Below are positions 11,822 through 23,089 of a stretch of 37,709 bases of DNA, piece by piece. The DNA is from Spongospora subterranea f. sp. subterranea. Taxonomy: Eukaryota. A program made the translations under genes and the position numbers. The notes under the pieces are model-generated. The model saw nothing but the letters and a program-made list of their open reading frames with translations. It was not told where the DNA came from and did no database searches. The stretch is taken from contig JAUGWO010000116.1 of NCBI GenBank assembly GCA_049724395.1, positions 62,001 through 99,709 on the forward strand. The letters run 5' to 3'. The stretch's first letter is position 1; every line of letters begins with the position of its first letter.

Positions 11822-12118
11822 AGATGATCACTGCTCAAATCATGTCGAACATGAAATTTCACGATCTGTTTTGCAGGGTGGCGTCTCATTGCTGTAGTCT
11901 CTGGTTGGTATTTCAGGACTGTTCATCATTCTGAACTCTTCTAGTATTCCGTCTGCTTGTTTGGGAACCACTTAGATGTTCGCGTTCTCAGGCATTCCTG
12001 CGCGACACCCATTGTTAAGGGACATAGAATCGTCGTTTCAGGACGAAGAGTTCGGAGGGCTGTACATTCCCCTGTCTCATAAAGATACGAGTAATGAACC
12101 TGGCAAACACTCAGTACT

Positions 12119-12802
12119 GTAAGGAGATAATCGGATTGACGATTAGCGAGCCGGCCGACATTCCATAGTTTCAAAAGGTTCCTTCAACAAACGCTCCGAA
12201 CGGTAGTGTTCTGACACCACGAACTGTCGACCGACTCACATTTGAGAACAGGAATGACGCGCCATTTTCACGTCATTCCGATTATCTCCTTACCATTTCA
12301 CATTTGTATTCGTCTCACTGTCTATGCCCAATTTCTAATTCTCATACTCCCGCCTGCTTCTGACTTCAATTTTTCCTCGCCGTCGTCTCGGCTTCGATCT
12401 CAGATCGGAAGGGTCGTGGTCGTCCCTTCACCGAATCAGGCACTGTAATCACCGCGAATGGATTCCTGCTGATGAATCAGTGCTCGGATTTGTTGCTGTT
12501 GTTAAGCAATAATTTGTTGTAGGTGTCCAGATCCATATGACTAAGGAGAATTGACGATTCGATATTAGCTTTATTTCCGATTTATACTGTTAGAGAATCG
12601 TCAATCTTGATTAGTCACTATGAATCTGGACCAACTACAAAATATTATAGCCCAAACAGCAACACATCCAAGCACTGAAGGTCCGTATATTGTAAGGAGA
12701 TAATCGGAAGGACGAGAATGGCTATTCATTCCTATTTAAATCCGAGACGGCCGACAGCCCGTTGTCTCAGAACATGATTACCGGACAGTTCCTGAGAGAA
12801 CC
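12119..12802. repeat. Three related fragments starting (T)GTAAGGAGATAATCGG, possibly LTR relics; two form an imperfect inverted repeat
   Basis: Copies at 12119(+), 12292(-) and 12691(+). 12177-12292 aligns in reverse complement with 12692-12802 with many substitutions. A TGTAAG start resembles LTR 5' ends, but no TSD was found. Confidence 0.55.
12477..12678. repeat. Imperfect ~200-bp fold-back hairpin
   Basis: TCAGTGCTCGGATTTGTTGCTGTT...TTGACGATTC pairs with GAATCGTCAA...AACAGCAACACATCCAAGCACTGA. Confidence 0.85.
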
Positions 12803-13062
12803 TTCCTTACTACATTGTGCCTGATTCTGTCAAAGGGACGACGACGACCCTTGACACAAGACACTACATACCACCCCCAGTGGCAGATGACTCCAGCCAT
12901 CATACTCGGTAGCCATCGACAAAGTTCGGGTGGCGTGACACGCGCAGCAAAAGCGGAACTGCATCGCCCGGAAAGGTATTGCTTGATCATTACCAGGGAT
13001 GAGTTTTTACATTCCTGTCTGTTTAGCGAAACCACATTTTGACGGGGGAGTCCGCGACTGCA

Positions 13063-13136
13063 ACTGTACCACGGTCTCCGTGTGAAGTCCGGGAAACCAC
13101 TGTACCACGGTCTCCGTGTGAAGTCCGGGAAACCAC
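13063..13136. repeat. 36-bp tandem duplication
   Basis: ACTGTACCACGGTCTCCGTGTGAAGTCCGGGAAACC occurs at 13063 and 13099. Confidence 0.9.
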
Positions 13137-13934
13137 GTCAGTGACAATACTGAGTAGACAGCAGCGACACCCAATTTGTTGACCCGAATATGAATCACTT
13201 CAAGTATCTCTTCCTGCTCGTGTGCTTGATTCCCATCGTTCTTTGCAACCATACTCCTGCGAGCAAGGTTGACACACCTGGTGATGGTGATGAAGTTGTT
13301 CGCGTTTCAGATATTGGTTGGGCAAAATATCGCAGATACAGTTGAGCCACTCAATTGTAAATTCTGTAGGGAATTTCTTCATCAGTATAATGGCGGGGTT
13401 AGTGGTCCACATTTCTGGCCTTTTGCGCACTGAAGTGCCCATTATACCAGGTTTATATCATCAATCATGTTCATGATGACTGTTCCAATTGGTATCAATC
13501 TGACGTAGTTGTTGGCAACACGTTTGCTCTATGGATGGTTTTCAGCCGTATTCGGAAAACATTGACCCAATATCGTGCTGGTAATATTTCAGGCCCCTGC
13601 GGTATATTGTCCGTCCTGTTCCCATTCTGTAATATCTTGCGAATTTCTTATCTGTGGTCAACCAATATGGGAATTTTTCATAGGGGTTTTCAATTTGGTT
13701 CTCCACATGAATAACGCTTTTCTCAAAAAATAAAATTCTCAAATGTTAGGGATGAATTATGATCTGTATTGTGCTCCCCTCTATAAAAAACGGTACTACA
13801 GTACCCCAAATCTGCACGATGTTTGCCAGGCTGCCTGACATCATCTTCAATTCATCTCGCAACCGCTTGAGAAATTTTCGATCAGTGCGATAAAAATGTA
13901 TTGCCAACATTGTGATGCACCGATAAGACAATGC

Positions 13935-14149
13935 TTGAGTTTATGCCCTAGATCTTATATAGTTGTCAAGCCGTCTGTTCAGAATGAACTTAACAAAAAT
14001 TCTAACATCGCGTTGGTGGCCCTCAAACTTCCAGTTTGGCCTTTTCGGTAAAAAGCTGAAGCATCGTTCCCGCTCTGCTCAATTTTGTTAAGTTCTTCTT
14101 CAGTGAACAGACAGCTTGACAACTGTATAAGCTCTAGGGCTGAACTCAA
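13935..14149. repeat. Imperfect inverted repeat (~65-bp arms, ~80-bp spacer), MITE/fold-back-like
   Basis: TTGAGTTTATGCCCTAGATCTTATATAGTTGTCAAGCCGTCTGTTCA pairs with TGAACAGACAGCTTGACAACTGTATAAGCTCTAGGGCTGAACTCAA. Confidence 0.85.
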
Positions 14150-14182
14150 CCGCTGCCCTTTAGGAGCAAAACAACGTCGGCA

Positions 14183-17100
14183 CTACATTTCTATGGACAG
14201 GATCGCACTGATCGATACTTGATCAAGCGGTTGCGAGATGAATGTTATCTCGAATACTTTTTCTATGGTGTTAATGAAGTCGCGGCACCGGCCGTCATCA
14301 TTGTGGAGTAGAAGTATATCGTCAACGTAAAGGCCGGTCATCATCATGAAACCCTCATCTCGAAGCCTTGGTCTCGTACTATTTGTAATCATTGATCTTT
14401 TTGTTCCAAACTCATCCCGCCTGTTTTGAATGGCCTTGTTTAACTTCCAGACATTGCCGTAACTTCCATGGAAACCCTCTGGAGAGTGCACATGGAGGCC
14501 CTCTTCAATGTCCCTGTTCAAGTACGCTCCTACGATGTCCAGATGGTGTAGATGTAGCCCATGTAGGGCAGCCAGGGCTATTAGTAAGCGTAGAGATTCT
14601 TGATGGGCAACTGGTGCAAAAGTCTCATTATTATCAGTCCAAAGCGTTGCGAAAACCCCTTTAGCTACTAATCGGCATTTCAACTTAGCGACCTGTGTTA
14701 TCTTTGGTCGGCTTGACAGTGAATACCCATTTGCATTTAATTGGGGCTTTGCTATTCTGACGCTTGATGATTGAGAAAGCATTGAAGTTACCCAGGGTCT
14801 GGTATTCTTTAATCATGGCGTCATCCCAATATCCAACATATCAGCTAGATGTTGGTGGTCTAGGAAGGTTAGAGAGTAGAAGAGGATCCATGAGGGAATC
14901 TTCTACTCTGGCAGGTGAACTGGTGAACCTCTGAGGCGATACCTTTTCAAGAACTCCTTGGTATTATTGTGGGTTTCCTCAGCGTCAACATCATTAAGAT
15001 CGGCGTGATGTTCAAGCAAATCGATGATATCGCTTGATACGTTTGAAGAGGTCTCGTCGGAAAGGTTTCTGTCCGCAACATCCCCTGAATGGTTCGCATC
15101 GTTGTTGCCGTCTCGACTCGTCGTCACCAGTGTAAACAGTCTCCCGGTCTTCATCGTTATTGTTTCCAACTGCATCTGGGTCCAAATCAGGGACATCACC
15201 TGTTGCCATATCTGAGTCCGAATTTTGAATGATGTCGTCTGGGGAAGATACGTGATGATTCTTCTTGTATCTTTGTCTATGGGGACACTCCTTATAAGAA
15301 GTGAAAAAATCCCCAACGAAAGCAACTCTTCTGCTTGTGTGTATCCGTCGTTCATCGGGGTCCCACAATTAATATGCCTTCTGGTCATTGCAATATCCAA
15401 TGAAGACAACAAGGCGGCTTTTAGGGTCAAGTGATCGCCTGAGTTTTGTGTGAATAAACATCCATGCGTCGCAGCCATCTACTCTCAGGTAGTCAAAGAC
15501 TAGCTGGTTTCCCAACCGTACCAGCCCTCGAAACGTGTTATATGCCCTGGAAGTGATGAATTATGTCGGCGATTGATCGCATGTACGATTGCTGCGACGA
15601 CGAATGTCCAATAGCCTTTTGGTAACCGAACGTGGTGCCTGGCGCTTTCCGATGCCTCGTCTATGGTCCGATTGATTCTCTCGGCGATGCCGTTCTGTTC
15701 TGGATCGTACGCAACACTCGTTCGATGGAAGATTCCGTTATCAGCATAATATTGTCTGCACTCGTTCGATAAGTACTCCTCTGCATTGTCACTCTGTGAT
15801 ATTCCGATCTTAATCCCGTTTTCGACGTTCGACTCTTGCTGGAAGCGCGTAAGGGCTGACAATGCCTCGTGTTTGTGTTTGAGAAATTTGACTCGTGAGA
15901 AGCGGGTGTGATGGTCGACAAGGGTGATGATATACCTCACGTTGTCGTAAATTCCGGGTGTTGGGTAGGGACCTTTGATGTCGGTTGAAACTATTTCTAG
16001 TGGTCTTGTCGTTTTAGATTTGCTTGCCTTGGAGAAGTCGCCGCCTGTCACTTTACATTGATAACATCCAGAACAGTTGCCTAATCTCCATGGGTATCCT
16101 CTTCTTGTCTACATTGCAATAAGTTTTCCTTGACCATGCGTCGGAGATCTTGGTAATTTGTATGAAACGTCCTTCAATGCCACATCTGTAGCGAAACACT
16201 TTTGACGAATTGGGATGAGAAGAATGCACCTGTTAGTGTGATCATTGTCGGGATATCGTTGCATTGCTTGGTATGGTATAGAGATTGTCCTTTCCTCGTA
16301 GTGCCGATCCAATTATTATCCCTTCGGGTTCCCTCCAACTTTCCTTGCTATAAATTTGTAGGTGATCGTCAGAAGAAACGAACTTGATCCCCTGCCTGTA
16401 CTTTGCCCAACAGATAGTAATTGCCGACTGAGATTGGGAACATGTAGTCCTTTAAGTTTACCGGGATTACGTTGAGAATAGCTTGTCCTATTCCCTTTCC
16501 GACACAACGAATGTGCGCTTCATCCCCTAAGAATATGAAGGGACCATAATCTTCGGGTTGATAACTTTGAATGTTCCCCTGATCAGACGCCATGTGTTGC
16601 GAGCAAGCGCTGTCGATTGTCCAGTCGCTGAAGTTGTGTCGTGGTGATGGAGCCAATGATAGTGCCGATTGTGGCGGCATGTCGTCAAGGGAAAGTTTAG
16701 CTGGTGTAATTGGTACATGATGTCTCCAACCTGAAGGTGCCTTTTGCAAGTGGTGTTGGCGTGAAATAGTTGGAATTGGGGTGCTTCCCTGGATGGATTT
16801 TACAATCGTTTCCGTGTCGTTGACCGATGGATGCCTTCAATGCATTGAGTTCAACGGTCAACTCCGCTACGAATGCCGATCTCAATGGTGGGGATGGTTC
16901 GGAGCGTTCTCCCTCCATTAGCATCGCTGTCAGTCGCTCCGTGCTTAGGAGCTTATCCGCTTCCTGAGTATTGATGATGCTTGTGAGGGTCTTAAACCTC
17001 CTGTTCACTCCCAGTAGCATGATCGTCTCCTCGAGTTCATCCGAGAATTTGATCATTTTTTCTGGAATGACGACTCGGACCCCCAATGCTGCGCTGGACA

Positions 17101-17240
17101 GTCTGGATGCATACTCCCGGCTTGGCTCGCCGTCACCTTGCCTTGTTGAGATTAGGGAGTGGGCAGCTCGGGTGACGACGGAACGGCTTGACCGATGGTA
17201 AGTTGAGTAGATACATCGCCAGGGTTGAGCTGCTGTGTGG
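14183..17240 (-). mobile_element. Degenerate Ty1/copia LTR retrotransposon internal region (gag-PR-IN-RT; RNase H and LTRs not seen)
   Basis: Gag-like 16697..17086; protease WTIDSACSQHM; integrase RPLEIVSTDIKGP, SDNAEEY, PEQNGIAERINRTI; RT KCRLVAKG, ETFAPVA, LDIVGAYLN, YVDDIL. Integrase precedes RT (copia order). Many frameshifts and deletions. Confidence 0.93.
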
Positions 17241-17245
17241 CAAGA

Positions 17246-17428
17246 ATCCGACCCTTGCGTCTATATATCTTGAGATGAGGGTTTCATGATGATGATCGGT
17301 CTTTACGTTGACGATATACTTCTACTCCGACCGTCATCATTGTGGAGTAGAAGTATATCGTCAACGTAAAGGCCGATCATCATCATGAAACCCTCATCTC
17401 GAAATATATATCGACGCAAGGGTCGGAT
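17246..17428. repeat. Fold-back hairpin made of a second copy of the copia RT YVDD region
   Basis: Arms 17246-17328 and 17344-17428, 15-nt loop. 17331-17403 matches 14292-14364 almost exactly. Confidence 0.92.
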
Positions 17429-17460
17429 ATGCACCTCATAGAGCCTTGGTTTCGTACTAA

Positions 17461-17729
17461 GCAGCCATTTACCTACATGTTAAGGGGCTCGGCGAGATCG
17501 TTGGGATCGTTAAGGCTGGCACATTTACACCTACTGATTCCCTCACTGCAGTACCAACCGGAGTCTTTGACAAATTAGACTTACGAGCATTAACCAAGAT
17601 TCGACTAAGTCTAATTATAGATGACATTGCAAGACTGACTTTAGTGAGGGGATCAGTAGGTGTGGTGTGCCAGCCTTATCGATCCCAACGATCTCGCCAG
17701 AGCCCCTTAACACGTAGGTAAATGGCTGC
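17461..17729. repeat. 269-bp imperfect palindrome, MITE/fold-back-like
   Basis: GCAGCCATTTACCTACATGTTAAGGGGCTCGGCGAGATCGTTGGGATCGTTAAGGCTGGCAC pairs with GTGCCAGCCTTATCGATCCCAACGATCTCGCCAGAGCCCCTTAACACGTAGGTAAATGGCTGC. Inner stem AATTAGACTTA/TAAGTCTAATT. Confidence 0.9.
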
Positions 17730-18126
17730 GTTCTTCAGCCACAAATGGAAATTTGTGCCCTTGCCGTCGAACATTGGTGTGTGTATTCGATCGTAATCCC
17801 CAATACTCTACACCAAGGTCACCTTCGATACTCTTCTCGGTGGATTGTGCTTCATTTAATTTTAGCTGTGCCAGTTTTCTCAACTTGGCTTGACGCTCTA
17901 AGAGAGTAATCGCAGCATCTAGTTCTGAATCTGTCAGGACGGCTCCGTCTCCTGTATGTACTTCTGCCATGTCTGTGTATTGGTAGGAGTCGGGACGAAG
18001 AGATCTATTGACATTTGCAATATTGTATTTGACGTCCAAAAAAGATAGAGCGGGTATCTGCCCGACTGTCGTAACGGCGACCGAACCCAACCGTTAATGT
18101 TGATAATTATCTACAGGAGTACAAGT

Positions 18127-18900
18127 TTTGGAGCAGCGGTTCCGTATTTCAAGGCGTGGAAATCCCTGAACAATTTTAAGCCACAAAATGAAATTTTTTA
18201 AAGACGAGTCGCTTCAGGAAGCTGAAGATTATTTCCGGAGATGTTATAATACAAAACCCAGGCACCCATACGTTGTTGAAAGGCGAGACGGTGACAGTAC
18301 TTTATCGGGCGTTTCTCTTGTTTTGGGTATGCTTTTGAAGCAGTTGGCGTATGTTTTCCTGTGATTGTTAACGACGCTTGTCACATGAAAAGAGGTGGTA
18401 TGATCCTGGTCGCTAATGTCCTTAACGGTGAACGACAGATAATACGCCTGGCCAGAGCGGTGGACCCACAGAATATGAATGTCAGTGGGCTTTTTTCTAC
18501 AAAAATATAAAGGTTTCCATTGAGTCGACCAACAATCCGCTGTTTGTCGATGTACATTGCCGCGAAAACGTATGCACAATGCCGAAGTTCGCATTCTACG
18601 TATGATGTGGGAGTCGAATTGCATTTTTTCATCTTGGACAGAATGTAAAGAGAAGTTTTCCGCACTGATGTTGAAGGAAGTAAACAGCGCGCTGTGAAAA
18701 CAACCACTCAAGAAAGCTTGGCTTTTGCACTAACGAGTAGACGTAAACAGGAATGAACTGATCTATGAATATGGCCAGCGATCCAACTGGGCCTCGACCC
18801 ATGTTCCTGTTCCAATATACGACACCTATACTTTCAAGGAGTTTCCGATTCAGAAGATACGTAATCGTAGTTATTTGATCGATCTTCGTTAAGTTCGTCG
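18127..18900 (+). pseudogene. Mutator (MULE/MuDR) transposase relic, not represented in the ORF track
   Basis: Manual + strand translation: FGAAVPYFKAWK (18127); from 18301 FIGRFSCFGYAFEAVGVCFPVIVNDACHMKRGGMILVANVLNGERQIIRLARAV; frameshift to EYECQWAFF; and frameshifted C-x-FHLGQNVK (~18620). These match MULE-domain D and CxxH motifs. Confidence 0.8.
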
Positions 18901-19654
18901 AAAATGTATTGAAACAAAGGTTCACAAGATTCTTCAAATATCGCAACTTGTCTGAAGAAGTTACCCTTCGCTTCCAAAATGAGTACAAGACGCGTCGCTG
19001 GACATCAAAAACTCATAGGCCAGTTCATTCTTTGATAAAACAGAGACGCTTTTATGAATGATTGTTTTCACAGCGTGATGTACTCTTCCTTTTTGACAAT
19101 AAAGAATAAAACAAACGAAGACTGAACGGGCGTCGTCCATGACCTATTCCCTCATACCCTTCTTTAAACCTCTGCAGCGCCATTGTACTAACACAATCTG
19201 CTCAAGACAACGGTGCTCCTTCTGAGTGGGTACAAAGATTGTCCCGAGGGCGCTGTCGAGTCTCAAAGAAGGGTGTGAGGGAATGGGTGATCGATGTGAT
19301 GAAGCCACAATTTCAGCTGCCAGAGAACACTTCAGCAACCTGACGGAGGACTAGCGGGCAATGGTACTAGGAGTCGCTGGGGACCGCATTCAGATATTCG
19401 GGTCGTGGAGATGTTGTTCTGCGCACAGCCTCTGCAAGGTTCATCACGATCAATGCCGAGTTTGCCCCTGATTTGATCAGGAACCTCGTTCGCAATCAGG
19501 GCGGCACTCTTCAAAACGGGGGAACATACAGAGACGGCGCCATCATCGACGATCGTGCAATCTGAACGGCAATCAGGAAAGCGAACGATCCTGCTTAGCC
19601 TTCTTCAGGGGCAAATTTCAATCTGTCATCGACTCGGGATGCGCCTTTACTGGT

Positions 19655-19894
19655 TCACTTTTGGGTTTCTAAAAGGCTTATCCCAATAAGCTCAATCAGC
19701 AGCGTAGCCATTTCCTGATTCGTCGCAACCAGCATCTTGGAAAGGGCCTCCCAGGCGCCTGCCGGGTCATTCGCAAACGCCTTGATCAATGTGAGTTGGC
19801 TTGATCCCGACATTTTTGATGATATCGCCAGCATAGCTAGAGCCTTATTGACCGAGTTCGTCGGACGGCCTTTGCCATATATCGACGTAACCAT
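19655..19894 (-). pseudogene. Possible copia-type gag remnant
   Basis: NKALAMLAISSKMSGSSQLTLIKAFANDPAGAWEALSKM resembles the copia gag KA...QL.LI...A..AW..L pattern. The surrounding sequence is degenerate. Confidence 0.4.
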
Positions 19895-20197
19895 CGTCGA
19901 GACCGAAAGCGGTCAGCATTATCACCAATGGCGAACAATGACCGCGTTCGCTCAGCGACAAAGCCGATCGCGAGGCATTAACTGCCGGTTAGGGTGATGA
20001 GGCGTCGACCATGTCGCAAAAATGTATGAAATCGATTGTGACTATTGATGCAATACTGTTGGAGGCGCAAGGAGTGAATTGTACTTAGAACTGATTCTGT
20101 ATTCACACTGTTGTCCTACTCACGTCCGCTCGCACAGACTTCCGATTTTTTGAACATCACGATTATTCAAAATGGAGCTGGTGTATGACAGCGCGAG

Positions 20198-21652
20198 TCA
20201 TGATGGAGTTGTCGCTGAAGACGCAGGAGCAGCTGAACCTGGCTGTTCCATGAACGGTTTGTCATCTAACACAGGCGGGGGAGGCGAAGACGCAGGAGGG
20301 CGTTCCCCACGTCGTAGGAACTTTTCAAACTGCGCTTTGACAGAGGCCAATTCCTCACATTTGGAAGATAGACATGCCGACAGCCGCGAATTCTCTTTCA
20401 TCACCGTTTTATTCTTGCGGCCGGTCTGAAGACCAATTGAATTGGCATTGATATTGCAAAAAACAAGCTCCATGAAACAACCAAATAGAACGATTACGAA
20501 ACTGATGCTAGGCAACCAGTAAAAAATGACAAACGCAACAACAACTGTAAAGTAGAAACAGGAAACGAGCAAGTTCTGATGACGTACCGAAGAGATTTGT
20601 TGGCGGAGCTGTTCAAAGCTACGGAGGTTTTCTTTCATCGTCGATTGCACGTCGTCAAACTTGACGACATACGACTGCGTCATTGCCTGGGCGGCCGCAG
20701 CTCGCCCAGCCTCTTCCGCCGCCCGTTGTTCAGCGAGCCGCAGGGCATCGCGCATCAATCCCAGCTCCGACTCGAGACCGGAAACCTGACGTTCGTGCGC
20801 TTGGCGCTGTTCGGCATCCAACGATAAAACTGCACGAACTCGATCTTGCAACTCAGAATGTGCCCTGGCCTGGGCTTCGCGCTCCTCGGCAGATGCCGTG
20901 ATCTGCGCTTCGATCTCGGCGGTGGAATCCCGAAACGATTTGCGGAGCGCCTCCTGGCTGTCAGCCTGAGCTTTGAATTGGGCCTCATATTGTGCCTGTC
21001 GACTGGAATTAGCTGAATTGAACACCTTGATTTTTGCAGCAATCTTCAGCTGGCATTACAGACGAATAGAAACCAATACGACGAAGTGGTAAATACAAAT
21101 CAACAACAATGACCTGAACTGCAAATGATATCAACTTGGCCCGCAACATGAACAAAATCAAACAAAGAGAAATAACAAAATGATAAAAAATGTCGGGAAA
21201 GAGTGAGCGACCTACCCTGATAGTCTTACTCTGGTTTGATAGCTCCCTTGCCAAACCTTGAGGCAATGATCAAAACTAAATGATGAACTATGGCAGAAAC
21301 AGAAATTTGACATTACAACGTAATAGCTTCAAAAAAAACAATTCAACTTTCGGACTAAAAACCAGCACAGCTTACCCTGTAACTTTGTATGAGCAGACTC
21401 CAACTTGGCCAACTTCTGTTGAGTTTCACCTAGATCGCGGCGCAGCCTAAGACGTTCATCTTCTAAGATGACCTTGTCACGAACAACAGACTTGGTTGCC
21501 GATCCAAGCGTCTCGGTCGGATGCACCTGTCTCAATCGTTTGATCTCATCGCGTACCAGGCGGGTAATTCGCTTCTCGGGCGTCTCGCCGGCCTGCTCGG
21601 CAATATCGGCCATGACGGCCCGTAGTTCGTCCACATCCAGCTCTGACGCCAT
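20198..21652 (-). CDS. Taxilin-family coiled-coil protein (probable exons 21652-21376, 21256-21216, ~20995-20588, 20426-20198)
   Basis: Spliced KLESAHTKLQGLARELSNQSKTIR and YVVKFDDVQSTMKENLRSFEQLRQQISSTGRKNKTVMKEN resemble taxilin KLE.LCRELQ..NK and Y..KF.EFQ.TL.KSN..F...K.E motifs. Donors GTAAG, GTAGG and GTACG are present. Confidence 0.75.
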
Positions 21653-23089
21653 TGTTCGCAACGCATAATGGTTGCGCCAGGTCGATGGCGCCAGAGTACG
21701 TTACAGGCTGCTCTACCATCACCCTACCTTGTTGCGTGTCGTGTCTCTGACGACATTCTTCTCAATGCGTTCACTGTATTTTGGCTCAGACAGTTGGCGA
21801 TTTGGTCAGCAATTGTTTGGGCGTAGGAACGGAATTTACATCCTTTGCGAACAATTGATACAAAGTTGTTGGTGTTCAGAATGATGAGAATTGGTTCTAT
21901 ACCATTTTGATCTCTTTATCGAACCGGCCACCGTGTCCAGCTCCCTGGCAAACTGATCGACCAGCATGTGATTGCGAAGGAGTAGAAGGTGCCACTAGCG
22001 AATTATGGATTACAAGGCGATTTTCTGAATGGTGTTGTAATCCCATTCACGTTATGAACATCACGAACAGGGATTACTAATATCTTCTTGTCCAATCAAC
22101 CGGTAGACCAATCGTCTCAAATCCACTATGATTATTTTTTGAAAAGGATTTCGATAATCAACGTTATTTATAGGGAAACACGATTTATTTACAATATATT
22201 GTCGACATTATGAATCGATTTACATTATCGGGTTTCAACTTATTGGTCTACCGACATTCGACACTAATTCATAATGTCGTTTTCTGTTGAAATTTTCAGT
22301 TTTTAGTAATTGGCTACAGTAAACAGGATGGGCATCATCACCACTCCCGACCGATACATCGATTAGTCGCCCATATCTTGCTTCGCTTGGGATCAACACA
22401 AGCTTGAAATCTTCAATATCATTATGCGATTGCCTATTCTGGCGGTTTTCCAGATTTTTTCCAACAAACACTCAAATAATTTCGTTCAGTCGAGGCTGTT
22501 GTTCCAAAACCCGGAAATATGTTGTCGTTGAACTAGTGAATGGTTAGGGCTACATCATATATGCACATGACGATCACAATTGATTGCTGTTTTGATGATG
22601 ATCAACTAACGCGAAGGTAGTGTTGATCCCGACCACAACCGGCAAACAGGCTGGTTGCATCTGAGATGTAGGTAGCTAACATAGCGCGAAAGAGCTGGCA
22701 TTGTACTAAAGATGGGAGAAGTAAAACCAACGGTAAACTGCTATTGATGAGCCCTGGGTTTTCAAGTCAAAAAATGGGGTAAAGACGGAAGCGAACTCTG
22801 GCGCTAGGGTATTACATTGACTAAATGGACGGTGCTTAATTTAGCCAAGTCATGACGATCCTCTTAATTTGCTTGGTGACAATAATCGGAATCGCATTGC
22901 TTATTGGCGAAATAATCATAGAGGAAAGTCCCATAAATAGTGAATTTACTCATATATTGGCTGCTGAAATTCCTTTTACACAATTCTCGATAAAAACATC
23001 AGCATTTTTCATGCGCTGACTTCATGCACACGGTTGTCTATTTCATTTGTTGCACAGATTGAAAGGCGGAACTTGCTGGCAGAAGATGA

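Noticed and set aside
13200..13931. Minus-strand ORF fragments as a gene or transposon
   Set aside because: Broken by stops, and no motif recognised.
17707..18090. Short helical ORF (MAEVHTGDG...)
   Set aside because: Could be a truncated gene or gag start cut by the palindrome, but no diagnostic motif.
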